The notes under the pieces were generated by a model that saw only the letters and a list, made by a program, of their open reading frames with translations, ran no database searches and had not been told where the DNA came from. From Deltaproteobacteria bacterium (lineage in GTDB: Bacteria > Desulfobacterota > Syntrophia > Syntrophales > Fen-1087): a stretch of DNA of 45,740 nt. Below, one piece after another: positions 44,484 through 45,740 of the stretch. Numbering within the stretch: the stretch's first letter is position 1; each line of letters begins with the position of its first letter. The position numbers were made by a program, and so were the translations under genes. The DNA lies in the NCBI GenBank assembly GCA_026388595.1, contig JAPLJM010000045.1, positions 1-45,740 of the forward strand, in the 5' to 3' direction.

Positions 44484-45469
44484 AGCACTTTTTTCAGTTC
44501 CGCCTGTGAAACTGTCGATGTGCCGACCTTGCCGACCACAATTCCGGCGGCATGGTTGGCCAGGAAGGCGGCTTCCTTGAAGGTTGCCCCGGAAGCCATG
44601 CAGAGGGCAAATACCCCGATGACCGTGTCTCCCGCGCCGGTGACATCGAAAACTTCCCGTGCCTCTGTCGGGAATAAGGTATGGCTCACGCGGTTATTTT
44701 TTTCAAACAGGGTCATCCCCTCTTCGCCCCGCGTAATGAGGAGCGCCTGATAACGGTAGCGGCTCAGCAGGGCCGTCCCCACCTCAATCAGGTTCTCGCG
44801 ATTCACCCGATCGATGCCGACTGCCCGCCCCGCCTCGTGATGATTGGGCGTGATGATATCACACCCTTCATAAAGGGAGAAATCACTTTTTTTCGGATCG
44901 GCGCAGACAATGATTTTCCGGTTTCGCACCAGATCCCGAATACCATCGAGCAGGGATTTAGTAATCACGCCCTTACTATAGTCGGAAATGACAATTGCGC
45001 CGAGCTCATCCTGCAAGGACCCGATATAGTTGATCATCCGCTCGATGCTGTCGCCGCTCACCGCCCGGCGGCTTTCTCGGTCAAACCGCACCACCTGCTG
45101 GCTATGAGCCACAACCCTTGTTTTGAGCGTCGTAGGACGATCGGCTTCGACAATGATGCCCTGCGTGTCAATCTGCCGTTTGCGAAACTCACTGACCAGC
45201 TTTTTCCCCATCTCGTCGGCGCCAATGACACCGGAAACAAAAACTTTGCCGTCCATGGCATAAATATTGTTCAACACATTGGCGGAGCCGCCCAACAGCA
45301 GGTGATCCGCATCAACCTCCACCACGGGCACGGGCGCCTCCGGTGAAATCCGCGAAACCTTCCCCCAGATAAAATGGTCGATCATCAAATCGCCCACAAC
45401 CAGAACCTTTGCCCGGGAAAAGCGGTCAATAATTTCAAAGGCCCTTTTTCGACTCAGTATCTTCTTCAT
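44480..45469 (-). CDS. D-glycero-beta-D-manno-heptose-7-phosphate kinase (RfaE/HldE domain I only; PfkB sugar-kinase family)
   Basis: VLVVGDLMIDHFIWGKVSRISPEAPVPVV ... DVTGAGDTVIGVFA (PfkB signature). Preferred start is the ATG at 45469 (MKKILSRKRAF). The track start is 45502. Confidence 0.85.
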   Translation of the reverse strand: MKKILSRKRAFEIIDRFSRAKVLVVGDLMIDHFIWGKVSRISPEAPVPVVEVDADHLLLGGSANVLNNIYAMDGKVFVSGVIGADEMGKKLVSEFRKRQIDTQGIIVEADRPTTLKTRVVAHSQQVVRFDRESRRAVSGDSIERMINYIGSLQDELGAIVISDYSKGVITKSLLDGIRDLVRNRKIIVCADPKKSDFSLYEGCDIITPNHHEAGRAVGIDRVNRENLIEVGTALLSRYRYQALLITRGEEGMTLFEKNNRVSHTLFPTEAREVFDVTGAGDTVIGVFALCMASGATFKEAAFLANHAAGIVVGKVGTSTVSQAELKKVL

Positions 45470-45555
45470 GCCTTCCCATCCCGTCACGCGTCCATCGATC
45501 ATGAAGACATTCAGACCACGCGACGCAGGCGAGTTGATTTATTTCTAAAGCAAGT

Positions 45556-45585
45556 AGTCTATTCCTATTGGTATTTTTTTGTCAA
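45556..45585 (-). promoter_or_regulatory. candidate promoter for the heptose-kinase...pilC gene string
   Basis: Minus strand reads TTGACA (45585..45580), 18 nt, then TAGACT (45561..45556). Confidence 0.4.
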
Positions 45586-45619
45586 TGCTTTTCTATAAAA
45601 ATGTCGCGAGTTCGTGACA

Positions 45620-45653
45620 TGTCCGGTTTGTAGCACGTAATCTGTCCGGTTTG
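45620..45653. repeat. two perfect 11-bp direct repeats TGTCCGGTTTG spaced 23 bp start-to-start
   Basis: Copies lie at 45620..45630 and 45643..45653. They are immediately preceded by the imperfect 20-bp palindrome ATGTCGCGAGTTCGTGACAT (45601..45620). Confidence 0.8.
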
Positions 45654-45678
45654 ATATGGTCACCTATGGAGGTGACGG

Positions 45679-45740
45679 ATGCGACGGACGGAGATGCTAC
45701 AGGAGATCCGAAAGATGCGATTTGAGGAGGCTTATTCGGA
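45679..45740 (+). CDS. 5' end of an unknown plus-strand ORF (MRRTEMLQEIRKMRFEEAYS...), running off the right edge
   Basis: The ATG at 45679 lies 6 nt after GGAGG and the frame is open to the window end. Only 20 codons are visible, so the product cannot be assigned. It is faintly reminiscent of N-termini of HTH/transposase-type proteins. Confidence 0.35.
   Translation, partial: MRRTEMLQEIRKMRFEEAYS

Noticed and set aside
37401-45346. Several long plus-strand ORFs (37401..38324, 41366..42172, 42001..42624, 43983..44750, 44681..45346)
   Set aside because: All are antisense shadows of well-supported minus-strand genes (the CysK::CysRS fusion, pyrF, rpoZ/gmk, the DUF4416-like gene and the heptose kinase). 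None shows a conserved motif or a ribosome-binding site.

Overview
This 45.7-kb window comes from a Gram-negative bacterium, as shown by LptD, PilC and a heptose-7-P kinase. The gene order, including the rplM-rpsI-argC linkage, looks Deltaproteobacteria/Desulfobacterota-like, but that placement is tentative. Everything is on the minus strand except one tRNA-Pro and a 62-nt ORF start at the right edge. Reading the minus strand from right to left, the window contains:
- a housekeeping string: heptose kinase, DUF4416-like, yicC, gmk, rpoZ, pyrF, rlmB, pilC
- tRNA-Pro on the plus strand, then a DUF1178-like gene
- a 777-aa cysteine-synthase::CysRS fusion gene
- tRNA-Thr/Tyr/Gly/Thr, rpmG, tRNA-Trp, secE, nusG, rplK-rplA-rplJ-rplL, rpoB, rpoC
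- rpsL, rpsG, tuf, the S10 operon, the spc operon, secY, map, infA, rpmJ, and the alpha operon (rpsM-rpsK-rpsD-rpoA-rplQ)
- a small EF-Tu-domain-2-like gene, folC-lptD, rplM-rpsI, argC and the 5' end of canonical cysS

rpmG and rpmJ are too short for the ORF track and were found by hand translation. I found no CRISPR array, prophage, defence island or complete IS, and I do not see a multi-gene novel system in this core region. These points deserve a second look:
1. rpoC is broken just after the catalytic NADFDGD motif, and about 16 invariant codons are missing.
2. The CysK::CysRS fusion has altered class-I signature motifs and coexists with a canonical cysS.
3. A strong intrinsic-terminator-like hairpin sits inside the S10 operon between rpsJ and rplC.
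4. fusA and adk are absent from their canonical operon positions.
5. An orphan pilC is welded to rlmB.
6. Repeats and an ORF start at the right edge may mark the boundary of an accessory or mobile segment.
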